Of a DNA stretch of 64,000 bases, positions 9,491 through 20,106 are shown piece by piece. Numbering within the stretch: the stretch's first letter is position 1; each line of letters opens with the position of its first letter. Made by a program: the position numbers and the translations under genes. A model generated the notes under the pieces. It ran no database searches and was not told where the DNA came from. It saw only the letters and a list, made by a program, of their open reading frames with translations. This DNA is from Vitreoscilla sp. GTDB taxonomy: Bacteria; Pseudomonadota; Gammaproteobacteria; Burkholderiales; Neisseriaceae. The stretch covers positions 2,573-66,572 of the forward strand of contig JASLFS010000043.1 in assembly GCA_030150505.1 (NCBI GenBank), given 5' to 3'.

Positions 9491-10126
9491 TTATTTCTCC
9501 TTTGTTTTCACAATACCATATAAGCAAAAATGAATAATAGTGTGAATAATTTTATTTTTATGAATGGTTAAGTTTTCAGTGGCTGTTATTGGATTAATAA
9601 CAGCTTCCGTCATCGCACCAATGATACACGTGGCTGCAATATCTACACTTTCTATATCTAGATCAAAAACCTGTTGTTCAATGCCTTGTTGTAGAATTTT
9701 TAAAATAGCATTGGCAAATAAACGGCGGCAACGAATCCTTTCCGCTTCAACAAGCGTATCAACAGGTTCTGTTATAAAGGCATAAGCCAATTTTGAACCA
9801 GTTAACGCTCGGCTCACAAATGATTGTATAGCCGCTTCTAGGTTCTCAGTAGGAGAGTGACTCTCTCTTTGAGCAATATTATCGATTAATTGAATTTCAT
9901 GCATCACAGCATCCGTTAATATTTCCACCATTAATTGTGATTTTGATGAGAAATATCGGTATATCAAACCAGTTGATACGCCAGCCGTTTCGGCAATGCT
10001 AGAAATTTGGGCTCCTTTGAAGCCATCATTTGAAATCAGTTTTCGAGCCGCTTGAATAATTTCTTGTCTATTCTTTTCAAGTCTGGCTTGCATCATCGGC
10101 GAGCGTTTGTAGGTTGTATTTTCCAT
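9491..10126 (-). CDS. TetR/AcrR-family transcriptional regulator, divergent from the liu operon
   Basis: N-terminal TetR HTH (IIQAARKLISNDGFKGAQISSIAETAGVSTGLIYRYFSSK). Its stop lies 2 nt from the thioesterase start. Confidence 0.85.
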   Translation of the reverse strand: MENTTYKRSPMMQARLEKNRQEIIQAARKLISNDGFKGAQISSIAETAGVSTGLIYRYFSSKSQLMVEILTDAVMHEIQLIDNIAQRESHSPTENLEAAIQSFVSRALTGSKLAYAFITEPVDTLVEAERIRCRRLFANAILKILQQGIEQQVFDLDIESVDIAATCIIGAMTEAVINPITATENLTIHKNKIIHTIIHFCLYGIVKTKEK

Positions 10127-10337
10127 ATTTAATTTTAGCTCAGTTAGTTCTTACTTTTAATTGAATTGAATTATAACGTTTTTTTAACAAGATGAATACA
10201 TAATCATATAATGAATATTGATTCACTTTTTTGAAAATATCAGTTATGATGAAAGTCAGTTAATATTTATGTCATACAAAAAACACAAATAAGACAATCA
10301 AAACAATAGCAAATAAGTGAATAGAGGAGCAATGAAC

Positions 10338-11510
10338 ATGCAAATTAAAACAATTGATTTTGGGCTTGGCGAAGATATCAATATGCTGCGCGATGCGGTG
10401 AAAACATTCTGTGACCAAGAAATAGTGCCTTTGGCTGCAAGTGTTGACCAAGATAATTTATTCCCAGAACAGCTATGGCGCAAATTGGGCGATATGGGTT
10501 TGTTGGGCATGACTGTTAGCGAAGAATATGGTGGTTCAAATATGGGTTATTTGGCTCATATTGTTGCCATGGAAGAAGTTTCACGTGCCAGTGCTGCTAT
10601 TGGCTTATCGTATGGCGCTCATTCTAATTTGTGTGTTAATCAAATTAATCGCCATGCAACAACAGAACAAAAAGAGCGTTATTTGCATAAGTTAGTTAGC
10701 GGAGAATATGTCGGTGCTTTAGCCATGTCTGAGCCAAATGCTGGTTCGGATGTTGTGAGCATGCAATTAAGAGCTGATAAAAAAGGCGATAAATACGTTT
10801 TAAACGGCTCAAAAATGTGGATTACCAATGGTGGCGATGCTGATGTTTTAGTGGTTTATGCCAAAACAGATATTGCTGCTGGTCCCAAAGGGATTACTGC
10901 TTTTTTAATTGAAAAAGGCATGAAAGGTTTTTCGCATGGTTCTCATTTAGATAAATTGGGCATGCGTGGTTCGAATACATATCCCATCTTTTTCGATGAT
11001 TGTGAAGTTCCAGAAGAGAATATTTTAGGCGGAATTGGTAACGGCGTTAAAGTTCTGATGAGTGGTTTGGACTATGAGCGTGCAGTATTAAGTGGTGGCC
11101 CTTTAGGCATTATGGCCGCTTGTATGGATACGGTTATTCCTTATTTGCATGACAGAAAACAATTTGGACAATCCATTGGCGAGTTTCAATTAATGCAGGG
11201 CAAATTGGCGGATATGTATTCAACTTGGTTGGCTTGTAAGGCTTTGGTTTATAGCGTTGGTAAGGCGTGTGATGGTGTGGATCACGATCGGGGTTTAAGA
11301 AAAGATGCTGCCAGCGCTATTTTATATGCAGCTGAAAAAGCAACATGGATGGCAGGAGAAACCATTCAGGCTTTGGGTGGTAATGGATACATCAATGAAT
11401 TTGCAGCAGGAAGATTGTGGCGAGATGCCAAATTATATGAAATTGGCGCTGGTACCTCTGAAATCCGCCGCATGTTAATTGGCAGAGAATTGTTTAACGA
11501 ATCCAAATAA
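10338..11510 (+). CDS. liuA: Isovaleryl-CoA dehydrogenase
   Basis: Acyl-CoA dehydrogenase with IVD-type motifs ([26 protein letters not shown]). The ATG at 10338 lies 8 nt after GAGGAG (10324-10329). Confidence 0.92.
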   Translation: MQIKTIDFGLGEDINMLRDAVKTFCDQEIVPLAASVDQDNLFPEQLWRKLGDMGLLGMTVSEEYGGSNMGYLAHIVAMEEVSRASAAIGLSYGAHSNLCVNQINRHATTEQKERYLHKLVSGEYVGALAMSEPNAGSDVVSMQLRADKKGDKYVLNGSKMWITNGGDADVLVVYAKTDIAAGPKGITAFLIEKGMKGFSHGSHLDKLGMRGSNTYPIFFDDCEVPEENILGGIGNGVKVLMSGLDYERAVLSGGPLGIMAACMDTVIPYLHDRKQFGQSIGEFQLMQGKLADMYSTWLACKALVYSVGKACDGVDHDRGLRKDAASAILYAAEKATWMAGETIQALGGNGYINEFAAGRLWRDAKLYEIGAGTSEIRRMLIGRELFNESK

Positions 11511-11532
11511 ATAATAAGTTAAAGGATAAGCT

Positions 11533-13143
11533 ATGAGTGTCATCCAAAGTCAAATTAACCCAAGAACCGAAGAGTTTAAAGCCAATAAATCCGCCATGTT
11601 AGAGCAAGTGAATGCTTGGAAAGAACTAAGCTCAAGTTTGCAGCAAGGTGGTGGTGAAAAATCATGTGCGAAACACATTGCTCGCGGTAAATTGTTGGTG
11701 AGAGACCGCATTAACTTGTTGCTTGATAAAGGCAGTAGCTTTTTAGAAATTGGGCAACTGGCTGCCAATGGTATGTATGGCAATGATGTTCCATCGGCAG
11801 GAATGGTTGCTGGAATTGGGAAAGTTGAAAATCAATTGTGCATGATTGTGGGCAATGATGCGACCGTTAAAGGCGGTACTTATTATCCCATGACGGTCAA
11901 AAAACATTTGCGAGCGCAAGAAATTGCAGAACAAAATGGTTTGCCTTGTATTTATTTAGTGGATTCTGGTGGTGCTTATTTGCCATTGCAAGATGAAGTT
12001 TTTCCAGATAGAGATCACTTCGGGCGTATTTTTTACAATCAAGCACAAATGTCATCTAAAGGCATTCCGCAAGTGGCGGTGGTTATGGGCAGCTGTACGG
12101 CAGGTGGTGCATATGTTCCTGCAATGTCAGATGAAACGATTATTGTTCGAGACCAAGGAACGATTTTTTTAGGCGGTCCACCATTGGTTAAGGCGGCAAC
12201 TGGAGAAGTTGTTAGTGCTGAAGAGCTAGGTGGCGGTGATGTTCACACCAGAATTTCTGGCGTTGCCGACCATTTAGCTGAAAATGATCATCATGCTTTG
12301 GGATTAGCAAGGCAGGTTGTGAGCCATTTTAATCGCCAAACGACCAGCTCTTGCGTGATTAATCAAAACTATCAAGAACCTGTACACAATATAGATGATA
12401 TTTATGGCGTGATTCCTCATGACAGCCGTAAGCCATTTGATGTGCGTGAAATCATTGCCCGCATTGTTGATGGCTCGGAATTGGATGAGTTTAAACCACG
12501 TTATGGCGCAACATTGATTACGGGGTTTGCTCGAATTCATGGCATGCCAGTTGGCATTATTGCCAATAACGGTATTTTATTTTCTGAATCTGCTCAAAAA
12601 GGGGCGCATTTTATTGAGTTGTGCGCACAACGCAAAATTCCATTGGTTTTCTTGCAAAATATTACTGGCTTTATGGTTGGTAAAAAATATGAGAATGAAG
12701 GCATTGCTAAGCATGGCGCTAAATTGGTTATGGCAGTGGCAACAGCTAAAGTACCCAAAATTACGGTGTTGATTGGTGGCTCATTCGGTGCTGGTAACTA
12801 CGGCATGTGCGGACGTGCTTATTCTCCTAATTACTTATGGACTTGGCCAAATGCACGCATTTCTGTCATGGGTGGTGAACAAGCAGCAAGTGTCTTGGCA
12901 ACTGTTCGCAAAGATAGCTTAGATAAAAGTGGCGAGGAATGGGCAAGTACTGAAGAAGAAGCATTTAGGCAAAAAATTCGCCAGCAGTATGAAGAGCAGG
13001 GACATTCTTTTTATGCATCAGCTCGTCTTTGGGATGATGGCATTATTGATCCAGCAGATACCAGACGAGTTTTGGGTTTGAGCTTGGCATCTGTTTTGAA
13101 TCAAGAGATTGAGCCTACGCACTTTGGTGTCTTTAGAATGTAA
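11533..13143 (+). CDS. liuB: 3-methylcrotonyl-CoA carboxylase, carboxyltransferase (beta) subunit
   Basis: 536-aa carboxyltransferase-domain protein ([30 protein letters not shown]) within the liu gene order. Confidence 0.92.
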   Translation: MSVIQSQINPRTEEFKANKSAMLEQVNAWKELSSSLQQGGGEKSCAKHIARGKLLVRDRINLLLDKGSSFLEIGQLAANGMYGNDVPSAGMVAGIGKVENQLCMIVGNDATVKGGTYYPMTVKKHLRAQEIAEQNGLPCIYLVDSGGAYLPLQDEVFPDRDHFGRIFYNQAQMSSKGIPQVAVVMGSCTAGGAYVPAMSDETIIVRDQGTIFLGGPPLVKAATGEVVSAEELGGGDVHTRISGVADHLAENDHHALGLARQVVSHFNRQTTSSCVINQNYQEPVHNIDDIYGVIPHDSRKPFDVREIIARIVDGSELDEFKPRYGATLITGFARIHGMPVGIIANNGILFSESAQKGAHFIELCAQRKIPLVFLQNITGFMVGKKYENEGIAKHGAKLVMAVATAKVPKITVLIGGSFGAGNYGMCGRAYSPNYLWTWPNARISVMGGEQAASVLATVRKDSLDKSGEEWASTEEEAFRQKIRQQYEEQGHSFYASARLWDDGIIDPADTRRVLGLSLASVLNQEIEPTHFGVFRM

Positions 13144-13179
13144 TCGCCCACTCATTAAAATAAAAATAGGGAGAAATAG

Positions 13180-13971
13180 ATGAGCCAACCATTAATTGAT
13201 TTGCAAATAGAAAATGCTGTGGCAACTGTTTGGTTAAATCGACCTGAATTGCATAACGCATTTAATGCTGAGCTAATTAATCAGCTAATTCAATGTTTTC
13301 ATGATTTAAAAAACAATCAGCAAGTAAGGGTGGTTGTTTTAGCTGGGCACGGGAAAAGCTTTTCAGCGGGTGCGGATTTGAACTGGATGAAAGCAGCAGG
13401 AGAAGCCAGTTACGCTGAGAATGTGCAAGATGCTGAGCGATTGGCTTTAATGCTGCATTTGCTGAAAAATTTACCACAGCCGACCATTGCTAAAGTGCAA
13501 GGAGCTGCATTAGGCGGTGGAATGGGCTTGGCAAGTGTTTGTGATATTTGCATTGCCAGCGAACGGGCTATTTTTGCCACTTCTGAAGTGAGATTGGGTC
13601 TTGCACCATCAACTATTAGCCCTTATGTCATTGCTGCTATTGGTCAGCGACAAGCTTCTCGTTATTTTTTAACAGCAGAGCGGATTTCTGCTCAGCAAGC
13701 ATTATCTATTGGATTGGTGCATGAAGTTTGTGAGCATGATGATTTAGATGCCTGTGTGGTTGAAATGATTAATCACATTTTAAAAGGTGCAAGTCAGGCT
13801 CAAACAGCGAGTAAAGAATTGATTCAACGGGTAGCAAATCAAGAAGTGACTGAGGAGTTGCGTTTAAAAACGTCACAGCATATTGCTCATTTACGACAAG
13901 GACAAGAAGCCAAAGAAGGTTTAGTTGCTTTCTTAGAAAAACGTCCCGCTAACTGGTGCCAAGAATATTAA
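13180..13971 (+). CDS. liuC: Methylglutaconyl-CoA hydratase (crotonase family)
   Basis: Enoyl-CoA hydratase fold (GKSFSAGADLNWM, ALGGGMGLASVCDI), positioned between the two MCC subunit genes. Confidence 0.87.
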   Translation: MSQPLIDLQIENAVATVWLNRPELHNAFNAELINQLIQCFHDLKNNQQVRVVVLAGHGKSFSAGADLNWMKAAGEASYAENVQDAERLALMLHLLKNLPQPTIAKVQGAALGGGMGLASVCDICIASERAIFATSEVRLGLAPSTISPYVIAAIGQRQASRYFLTAERISAQQALSIGLVHEVCEHDDLDACVVEMINHILKGASQAQTASKELIQRVANQEVTEELRLKTSQHIAHLRQGQEAKEGLVAFLEKRPANWCQEY

Positions 13972-14007
13972 AAATGAAGTGCCTAGCCATTCGCTAAAAG
14001 GATAATC

Positions 14008-16002
14008 ATGATGTTTAATAAAATTTTAATTGCCAACCGTGGAGAAATTGCTTGTCGTGTGATTCGCACAGCAAAAAAAATGGGTATTAAAACGGTGGCG
14101 GTTTATTCGGATGTTGATGCCAATGCTCAGCATGTTAAAGAAGCTGATGAAGCAATTGCTTTGGGTGGTTTAACGGCTCGAGATAGTTATTTGTTGATTG
14201 ATAAAGTCATTGCAGCTGCTATTGCAACAGGTGCTAAGGCGATTCATCCTGGTTATGGTTTTTTATCTGAAAATGAAGCTTTCGCACAAGCTTGTTTTGA
14301 TAATGATATTGAATTTATTGGACCGCCAGTTGAAGCAATTCGAGCCATGGGTTTGAAATCAACCTCAAAAGCCATTATGGAATCAGCTGATGTGCCGCTT
14401 ACGCCTGGTTATCATGGTCAAAATCAAGATGCTAATTTTTTGCATCAGGAAGCTGATGCCATTGGCTACCCAGTGCTAATTAAGGCCAGTGCTGGTGGTG
14501 GCGGTAAAGGCATGAGCTTGGTGGAAAATAGCGTTGATTTTTTGAGCTCTTTGGAAAGTTGTAAGCGAGAAGCTTTATCTAGTTTTGGTAATGATGATGT
14601 TTTAATTGAAAAATACATTACTCGTCCGCGTCATATTGAAGTTCAGGTTTTTGGTGATAAACAGGGTAATTATGTTCATTTGTTTGAGCGAGATTGCTCT
14701 GTTCAGCGTCGCCATCAAAAAGTATTAGAAGAAGCACCTGCGCCGAATGTGCCTGATCATTATTTACAGCAGATGCGCCAAGCAGCAATCAATGCTGCAC
14801 GAGCTGTGAATTATGTTGGTGCTGGAACGGTTGAGTTTATTGCTCATCAAAGTGGTGAATTTTATTTCATGGAAATGAATACACGCTTACAAGTTGAGCA
14901 TCCAGTGACTGAAATGATTACTGGTTTGGATTTGGTTGAATGGCAATTGCGTGTGGCAAGGGGTGAAAGATTGCCTTTGTTGCAAGATGAAATTCAAATG
15001 AATGGACACGCATTAGAAGCCAGAATTTATGCGGAAGATCCGTATAAAGATTTCTTGCCTGCAGTGGGTAAGATTACGTATTTGTCTTATCCTGAAAATT
15101 TGGAGCATGTTCGTGTTGATAGCGGTATTGTTCAAGGCGATACCATTAGTTCTTATTATGATCCCATGATTGCGAAGCTGATTGTTAAAGGGGAAACGCG
15201 AGCAGAAGCGTTGCAATATATGGAAGAAGCTTTGGCTGAATTTCATGTTTTAGGGCTAAGAACAAATATCACGTTTTTACATAGTTTGGTTAAATCGCCT
15301 TCGTTTTCCAATACCCAATTGGACACGGGATTGATTGAGCGTGAGCATGATTACTTGTTTGGACAAGCGGCGAAAAAGCCAGTTATGGCTGATGTGGCGG
15401 CAAGCATGAGGGTCATCGTTAATCAATTGCTTGTACAAGAAAATAATGTAATTAAAGCACCATGGAATCAAGTGGATGCATGGCGAAATAATGGTTATGT
15501 CACTCACCATATTGGTTTAAAGCACGATGAAGATGAAGTTCACTCATGTGTTAAACAGCTGACCTCCAACCAGTTTATATTGGATTTGGCAGGGCAATCA
15601 TATGAGATTGAGCTGCTGAAGAAAAGTGAATCGCAATTAAAAATACGTTGTAATCAACATCAGTTTGAGGTGGTTGCATTACAAGATGGGCAACAAGTTG
15701 CGGTGTTTATGGATGGTCAGCAATGGTTATATGAGTATTTAAATCCTTTTGCTGCGCAAGTTGAAGATGTTGGCAGCAGTGGTAATTTGCAAGCGCCGAT
15801 GCCAGGAACGGTTGTTAAGGTTTTGGTTAAGGCTGGCGATGTTGTGAAGCAAGGCGATGCGTTGTTAATTTTGGAAGCAATGAAGATGGAGCATACGATT
15901 GATGCACCTGAAGATGGTGTTATTCAGGAAGTGTGTTTTGATACGGGTGATTTGGTTTCAGATGGCGATGAGTTGATTATCATCGAATCCTCTACAAGTT
16001 AG
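14008..16002 (+). CDS. liuD: 3-methylcrotonyl-CoA carboxylase, biotin carboxylase/BCCP (alpha) subunit
   Basis: N-terminal biotin carboxylase ATP-grasp domain (KILIANRGEIACRVIRT). C-terminal biotinylation motif EAMKMEH with the Lys codon at 15883-15885. Confidence 0.93.
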   Translation: MMFNKILIANRGEIACRVIRTAKKMGIKTVAVYSDVDANAQHVKEADEAIALGGLTARDSYLLIDKVIAAAIATGAKAIHPGYGFLSENEAFAQACFDNDIEFIGPPVEAIRAMGLKSTSKAIMESADVPLTPGYHGQNQDANFLHQEADAIGYPVLIKASAGGGGKGMSLVENSVDFLSSLESCKREALSSFGNDDVLIEKYITRPRHIEVQVFGDKQGNYVHLFERDCSVQRRHQKVLEEAPAPNVPDHYLQQMRQAAINAARAVNYVGAGTVEFIAHQSGEFYFMEMNTRLQVEHPVTEMITGLDLVEWQLRVARGERLPLLQDEIQMNGHALEARIYAEDPYKDFLPAVGKITYLSYPENLEHVRVDSGIVQGDTISSYYDPMIAKLIVKGETRAEALQYMEEALAEFHVLGLRTNITFLHSLVKSPSFSNTQLDTGLIEREHDYLFGQAAKKPVMADVAASMRVIVNQLLVQENNVIKAPWNQVDAWRNNGYVTHHIGLKHDEDEVHSCVKQLTSNQFILDLAGQSYEIELLKKSESQLKIRCNQHQFEVVALQDGQQVAVFMDGQQWLYEYLNPFAAQVEDVGSSGNLQAPMPGTVVKVLVKAGDVVKQGDALLILEAMKMEHTIDAPEDGVIQEVCFDTGDLVSDGDELIIIESSTS

Positions 16003-16011
16003 GAGCGCAGT

Positions 16012-16911
16012 ATGAATTTACCTTCATCCGTTAAAATTGTTGAGGTTGGCCCGCGTGATGGATTGCAGAATGAAAAAGCAATCATTGATACGGCTGTGAA
16101 AGTTGAATTGATTGAAAAGCTTTCAGAAACTGGTTTATCAGTCATTGAGGCAACATCATTCGTTTCCCCAAAATGGGTGCCACAAATGGCAGATAACAAT
16201 GCTGTGTTGATGGCGCTAAAACAAAAAGAAGGTTTGCATTATCCTGTTTTAGTTCCTAATTTAAAAGGCTTTCAGGGAGCCTTGGATTCGGGGGTAAAAG
16301 AAATTGCTATTTTTGCAGCTGCTTCCGAATCTTTTTCTCAAAAAAACATTAATTGCTCGATTAATGAATCGATTGAACGTTTTATTCCTGTCATTGAGGC
16401 AGCAAAGCAGCATGGTATTGAGGTTAGGGGTTATGTGTCTTGTATTGCTGCCTGTCCTTATGAAGGCGTTATTCAACCAGATTCGGTGGCTCAGGTTGCA
16501 AAAAAACTATATGAATTAGGTTGTTATGAGATTAGCTTGGGTGACACAATTGGAGCTGGTACGCCAAATCAAATTGCAAAAGTAATTGAAGCAACGGCGA
16601 AAGACATTCCATTAAGTGCTTTAGCTGGCCATTATCACAATACTTACGGCATGGCGATTGCCAATATTTATCAATCCTTACAAATGGGCATGAGTGTTTT
16701 TGATTCTTCTGTTGCTGGTTTGGGAGGTTGCCCTTATGCCAAAGGGGCTGCTGGCAATGTAGCAACCGAAGATGTGGTGTATTTATTAGATGGTTTAGGC
16801 ATTAAAACAGGCATTGATTTAAATAAAATAGTTGAAATAGCCCATTGGATAGCTTCGATTTTAGGCAGAAAACCAAGCTCGCAAGTTGCCAATGCATTAA
16901 TACAATCATAG
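16012..16911 (+). CDS. liuE: Hydroxymethylglutaryl-CoA lyase
   Basis: HMGL-like TIM-barrel motifs ([32 protein letters not shown]). Confidence 0.92.
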   Translation: MNLPSSVKIVEVGPRDGLQNEKAIIDTAVKVELIEKLSETGLSVIEATSFVSPKWVPQMADNNAVLMALKQKEGLHYPVLVPNLKGFQGALDSGVKEIAIFAAASESFSQKNINCSINESIERFIPVIEAAKQHGIEVRGYVSCIAACPYEGVIQPDSVAQVAKKLYELGCYEISLGDTIGAGTPNQIAKVIEATAKDIPLSALAGHYHNTYGMAIANIYQSLQMGMSVFDSSVAGLGGCPYAKGAAGNVATEDVVYLLDGLGIKTGIDLNKIVEIAHWIASILGRKPSSQVANALIQS

Positions 16912-16984
16912 CAGTACATAATAAAAATAAGCCATTTATAAAGATGGTAAAAACTAAATCAGGGTTTTATATAAGGAGAACATT

Positions 16985-18655
16985 ATGGAGAATCTGAGTT
17001 ATGTGCACGGAGTATCGGATATCCCATTGCTAGGAGAAACACTGGGTCAGAATTTTGACAAAGCCAGTCAGCAATATTCAGAACGATTGGCATTGGTTTC
17101 TCGTCATCAAAACATTCGTTTAACTTATGCTCAATTGCGAGTTGAAGTCGATAAAGTCGCATGCAGTTTACGAAGAATGGGTTTTCAGCCAGGCGATAGA
17201 TTGGGCTTGTGGGCAACGAATTGTGCTCAATGGCTTATTATTCAATATGCCACAGCTAAAATAGGTGTGATTTTGGTCAACATGAATCCATCCTATAGAC
17301 GCACAGAATTAGAATATTCATTAAACAAAGTAGGCTGTCGAGGTTTGGTGATATTTTCTTCATTTAAAGACAGTGATTATGAAGCAATGGTTTACGACTT
17401 GGTGCCAGAGCTAAAATCTTCTCCGATTGGTCACCTCAATGCAGAAAATGCAGCCACATTAAAATACGTGATTAAGCTAGATGAGGATAGCAGCCCTGGT
17501 ATGTTGAATTACCATGACTTGTTGCTTGAGCCAGATAGTAATGAGCTTGATGATTTACAGCAATTAGGAAAGCAATTGCAGTTTGATGATGTGATTAACA
17601 TTCAGTTTACTTCTGGAACCACAGGTAATCCAAAAGGAACCATGCTAACGCATCATAATATTTTAAATAATGGTTTTTTTGTTGGCGAAACCATCAAATT
17701 AACGCCAGAAGATAAAGTTGCTATTGCTGTACCGCTTTTTCATTGCTTCGGTATGGTGATGGGGAATATCGCTTGTGTTAGTCATGGTTCTACCATGGTT
17801 TATCCAGCATCTGTTTTTCAGCCATTAGAAAACTTACAAGCTATTGCAGAAGAAAAATGTACCGCTGCATATGGCGTGCCGACCATGTTTATTACCATGC
17901 TTGATCATCCTAAATTCCAAGAATTTGATTTATCAAGCTTGCGCACAGGCATTATGGCTGGTTCAGTTTGCCCAATGGAAGTGATGAAACAAGTTATCGA
18001 AAAAATGCACATGGAAGAAGTGACCATTTGCTACGGCATGACAGAAACTTCTCCTGTTAGCATGCAAAGCCATGTTGATGATGCCATTGATAAAAAAGTA
18101 AGCACTGTAGGTCGCATTCATCCCCATATATCAGTGAAAGTTGTTGACCCAAATGGCGACATTGTTCCTCGTGGCGATGAAGGGGAATTGTGCACCAAAG
18201 GTTATTCAGTGATGCGTGGTTATTGGGATGATGCCGAAAGAACAGCAGAAGTGATTGATGAATCTGGATGGATGCACACTGGAGATTTGGCCATCTTAGA
18301 TGAGGATGGATATTGTCAAATCATTGGTAGAATTAAAGATTTGGTTATTCGTGGCGGAGAAAATTTATTCCCACGTGAAATTGAAGATTTTTTATATACT
18401 CATCCAGATATTCTAGAAGTACAAGTTGTTGGTGTGCCTGATAATAAATACGGTGAAGAGCTGTGTGCATGGATTATTTTGAGAGAAAATGTTGCCATAA
18501 CAGAACAAAGTATTCGTGATTTTTGTGATGGACAGATTTCACGACAAAAAATTCCTCGCTATATTCGCTTTGTAACAGAATTCCCAATGACAGCAAGTGG
18601 AAAAATTCAAAAATATAAAATCCGTGAAGCCATGACTGAAGAATTAGAAGCCTAA
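16985..18655 (+). CDS. AMP-forming acyl-CoA synthetase (YngI-like, linked to leucine catabolism)
   Basis: AMP-binding motifs [19 protein letters not shown]-like ICYGMTETS and SGKIQK. AAGGAGA RBS upstream. Confidence 0.85.
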   Translation: MENLSYVHGVSDIPLLGETLGQNFDKASQQYSERLALVSRHQNIRLTYAQLRVEVDKVACSLRRMGFQPGDRLGLWATNCAQWLIIQYATAKIGVILVNMNPSYRRTELEYSLNKVGCRGLVIFSSFKDSDYEAMVYDLVPELKSSPIGHLNAENAATLKYVIKLDEDSSPGMLNYHDLLLEPDSNELDDLQQLGKQLQFDDVINIQFTSGTTGNPKGTMLTHHNILNNGFFVGETIKLTPEDKVAIAVPLFHCFGMVMGNIACVSHGSTMVYPASVFQPLENLQAIAEEKCTAAYGVPTMFITMLDHPKFQEFDLSSLRTGIMAGSVCPMEVMKQVIEKMHMEEVTICYGMTETSPVSMQSHVDDAIDKKVSTVGRIHPHISVKVVDPNGDIVPRGDEGELCTKGYSVMRGYWDDAERTAEVIDESGWMHTGDLAILDEDGYCQIIGRIKDLVIRGGENLFPREIEDFLYTHPDILEVQVVGVPDNKYGEELCAWIILRENVAITEQSIRDFCDGQISRQKIPRYIRFVTEFPMTASGKIQKYKIREAMTEELEA

Positions 18656-18678
18656 ATAAAATAAGAAAGATTGGAGAA

Positions 18679-19374
18679 ATGATGCATAAGATTTATCAAA
18701 ATGCTCAAGAAGCATTATCTGGTGTGGTGCAAAATGGGCAAACCATTGCTGTGGGTGGTTTTGGGCTATGTGGCATTCCTGAAGCATTGATTAATGCATT
18801 GTGTGATAGCCAAGTGAAAGATTTAACATGCGTTAGTAATAATGCTGGTGTCGATGATTTCGGGCTCGGACTTTTATTGCAAACTCGACAAATTAAAAAA
18901 ATGATTTCATCTTATGTTGGTGAAAATAAAGAATTTGAGCGCCAATATTTATCTGGGGAATTAGAAGTAGAATTGACGCCACAAGGAACATTGGCCGAAA
19001 AATTGCGTGCAGCAGGTGCTGGCATCCCCGCATTTTTCACAAGAACGGGCGTTGGTACGTTGATTGCAGAAGGCAAAGAATCACGAGAATTTCATGGTAA
19101 TGAGTATATTTTAGAAGAAGCCATTTATGCCGATGTTTCTTTGGTCAAAGCTTATAAAGCGGATGCTTCAGGCAATTTGGTTTTTAGAAAAACAGCGCGA
19201 AACTTTAATCCTGAAGTAGCAATGGCTGGAAAACTCTGTATTGTGGAAGTAGAGCAGTTGGTGGAAGTCGGTGAATTGTTACCAGATGAAATTCATTTAC
19301 CGGGTATTTACGTTCATCGCATTATTGTGAATGCAACGCCAGAAAAACGCATTGAAAAACGTGTGACTCGTTAA
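18679..19374 (+). CDS. scoA: 3-oxoacid (succinyl-CoA:acetoacetate) CoA-transferase subunit A
   Basis: CoA-transferase family I alpha subunit ([37 protein letters not shown]). The start could also be the adjacent ATG at 18682. Confidence 0.9.
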   Translation: MMHKIYQNAQEALSGVVQNGQTIAVGGFGLCGIPEALINALCDSQVKDLTCVSNNAGVDDFGLGLLLQTRQIKKMISSYVGENKEFERQYLSGELEVELTPQGTLAEKLRAAGAGIPAFFTRTGVGTLIAEGKESREFHGNEYILEEAIYADVSLVKAYKADASGNLVFRKTARNFNPEVAMAGKLCIVEVEQLVEVGELLPDEIHLPGIYVHRIIVNATPEKRIEKRVTR

Positions 19375-19391
19375 ATAAAAGGAGAATAAAA

Positions 19392-20021
19392 ATGGCTTGG
19401 ACAAGAGAGCAGATGGTTAAACGAGCTGCACAAGAATTAGAAGATGGTTTTTATGTGAATTTAGGCATTGGATTGCCAACAGAAGTTGCTGATCACATTC
19501 CTGATGGTTTGGATATTTGGTTGCAATCAGAAAATGGTTTATTGGGTATTGGTCCATTTCCATCAGAAAGCGAAGTGGATGCTGATTTAATTAATGCCGG
19601 TAAGCAAACAGTCACAACCAGAAAAGGTGCTAGCTTTTTTTCTAGCTCAGAATCTTTTGGGATGATTCGTGGCGGTAAAATTAACCTTGCTATTTTGGGT
19701 GCAATGGAAGTATCTGAGCGAGGGGATTTGGCCAATTGGATGATTCCAGGAAAAATGGTTAAAGGCATGGGCGGAGCCATGGATTTGGTTTCTGGCGTGC
19801 AGCGCATTATTGTATTAATGGAGCATTCAACCAGAACAGGGGATTTTAAAATTAAAAAACAATGTGATTTGCCATTAACTGGAAAAGCAGTGGTTGATAG
19901 AATCATCACTGAATTGGGTGTTTTGGATATTACACCTGAAGGATTAAAGGTTGTTGAATTGGCCGATGGTGTGACTTTTGAAGCCATTCAAGCCGCAACG
20001 GGTGTTTCATTAATCGCATAA
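19392..20021 (+). CDS. scoB: 3-oxoacid CoA-transferase subunit B
   Basis: Beta subunit with the catalytic-Glu motif region SENGLLG and GGAMDLV. Confidence 0.9.
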   Translation: MAWTREQMVKRAAQELEDGFYVNLGIGLPTEVADHIPDGLDIWLQSENGLLGIGPFPSESEVDADLINAGKQTVTTRKGASFFSSSESFGMIRGGKINLAILGAMEVSERGDLANWMIPGKMVKGMGGAMDLVSGVQRIIVLMEHSTRTGDFKIKKQCDLPLTGKAVVDRIITELGVLDITPEGLKVVELADGVTFEAIQAATGVSLIA

Positions 20022-20040
20022 GTTGAAATGATTTAGAGTC

Positions 20041-20079
20041 AAAAAAATCCTATTACTTTAATTGGTAATAGGATTTTTT
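20041..20079. terminator. Bidirectional terminator between scoB and convergent parE
   Basis: A-run, 10-bp stem ATCCTATTAC / GTAATAGGAT, then a T-run. Confidence 0.85.
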
Positions 20080-20106
20080 GATTGTGCACTATTTTAAAAT
20101 CAGCGT

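Noticed and set aside
19493-19987. 164-aa ORF antisense to scoB. Similar long antisense ORFs lie at 2374-2784 (in proS), 42450-42755 (in hldA), 53237-53593 (in the MFS gene) and 54924-55244 (in gshA).
   Set aside because: Each lies fully inside a well-supported gene on the opposite strand. They have low-complexity or odd composition and no RBS, and are typical shadow ORFs.
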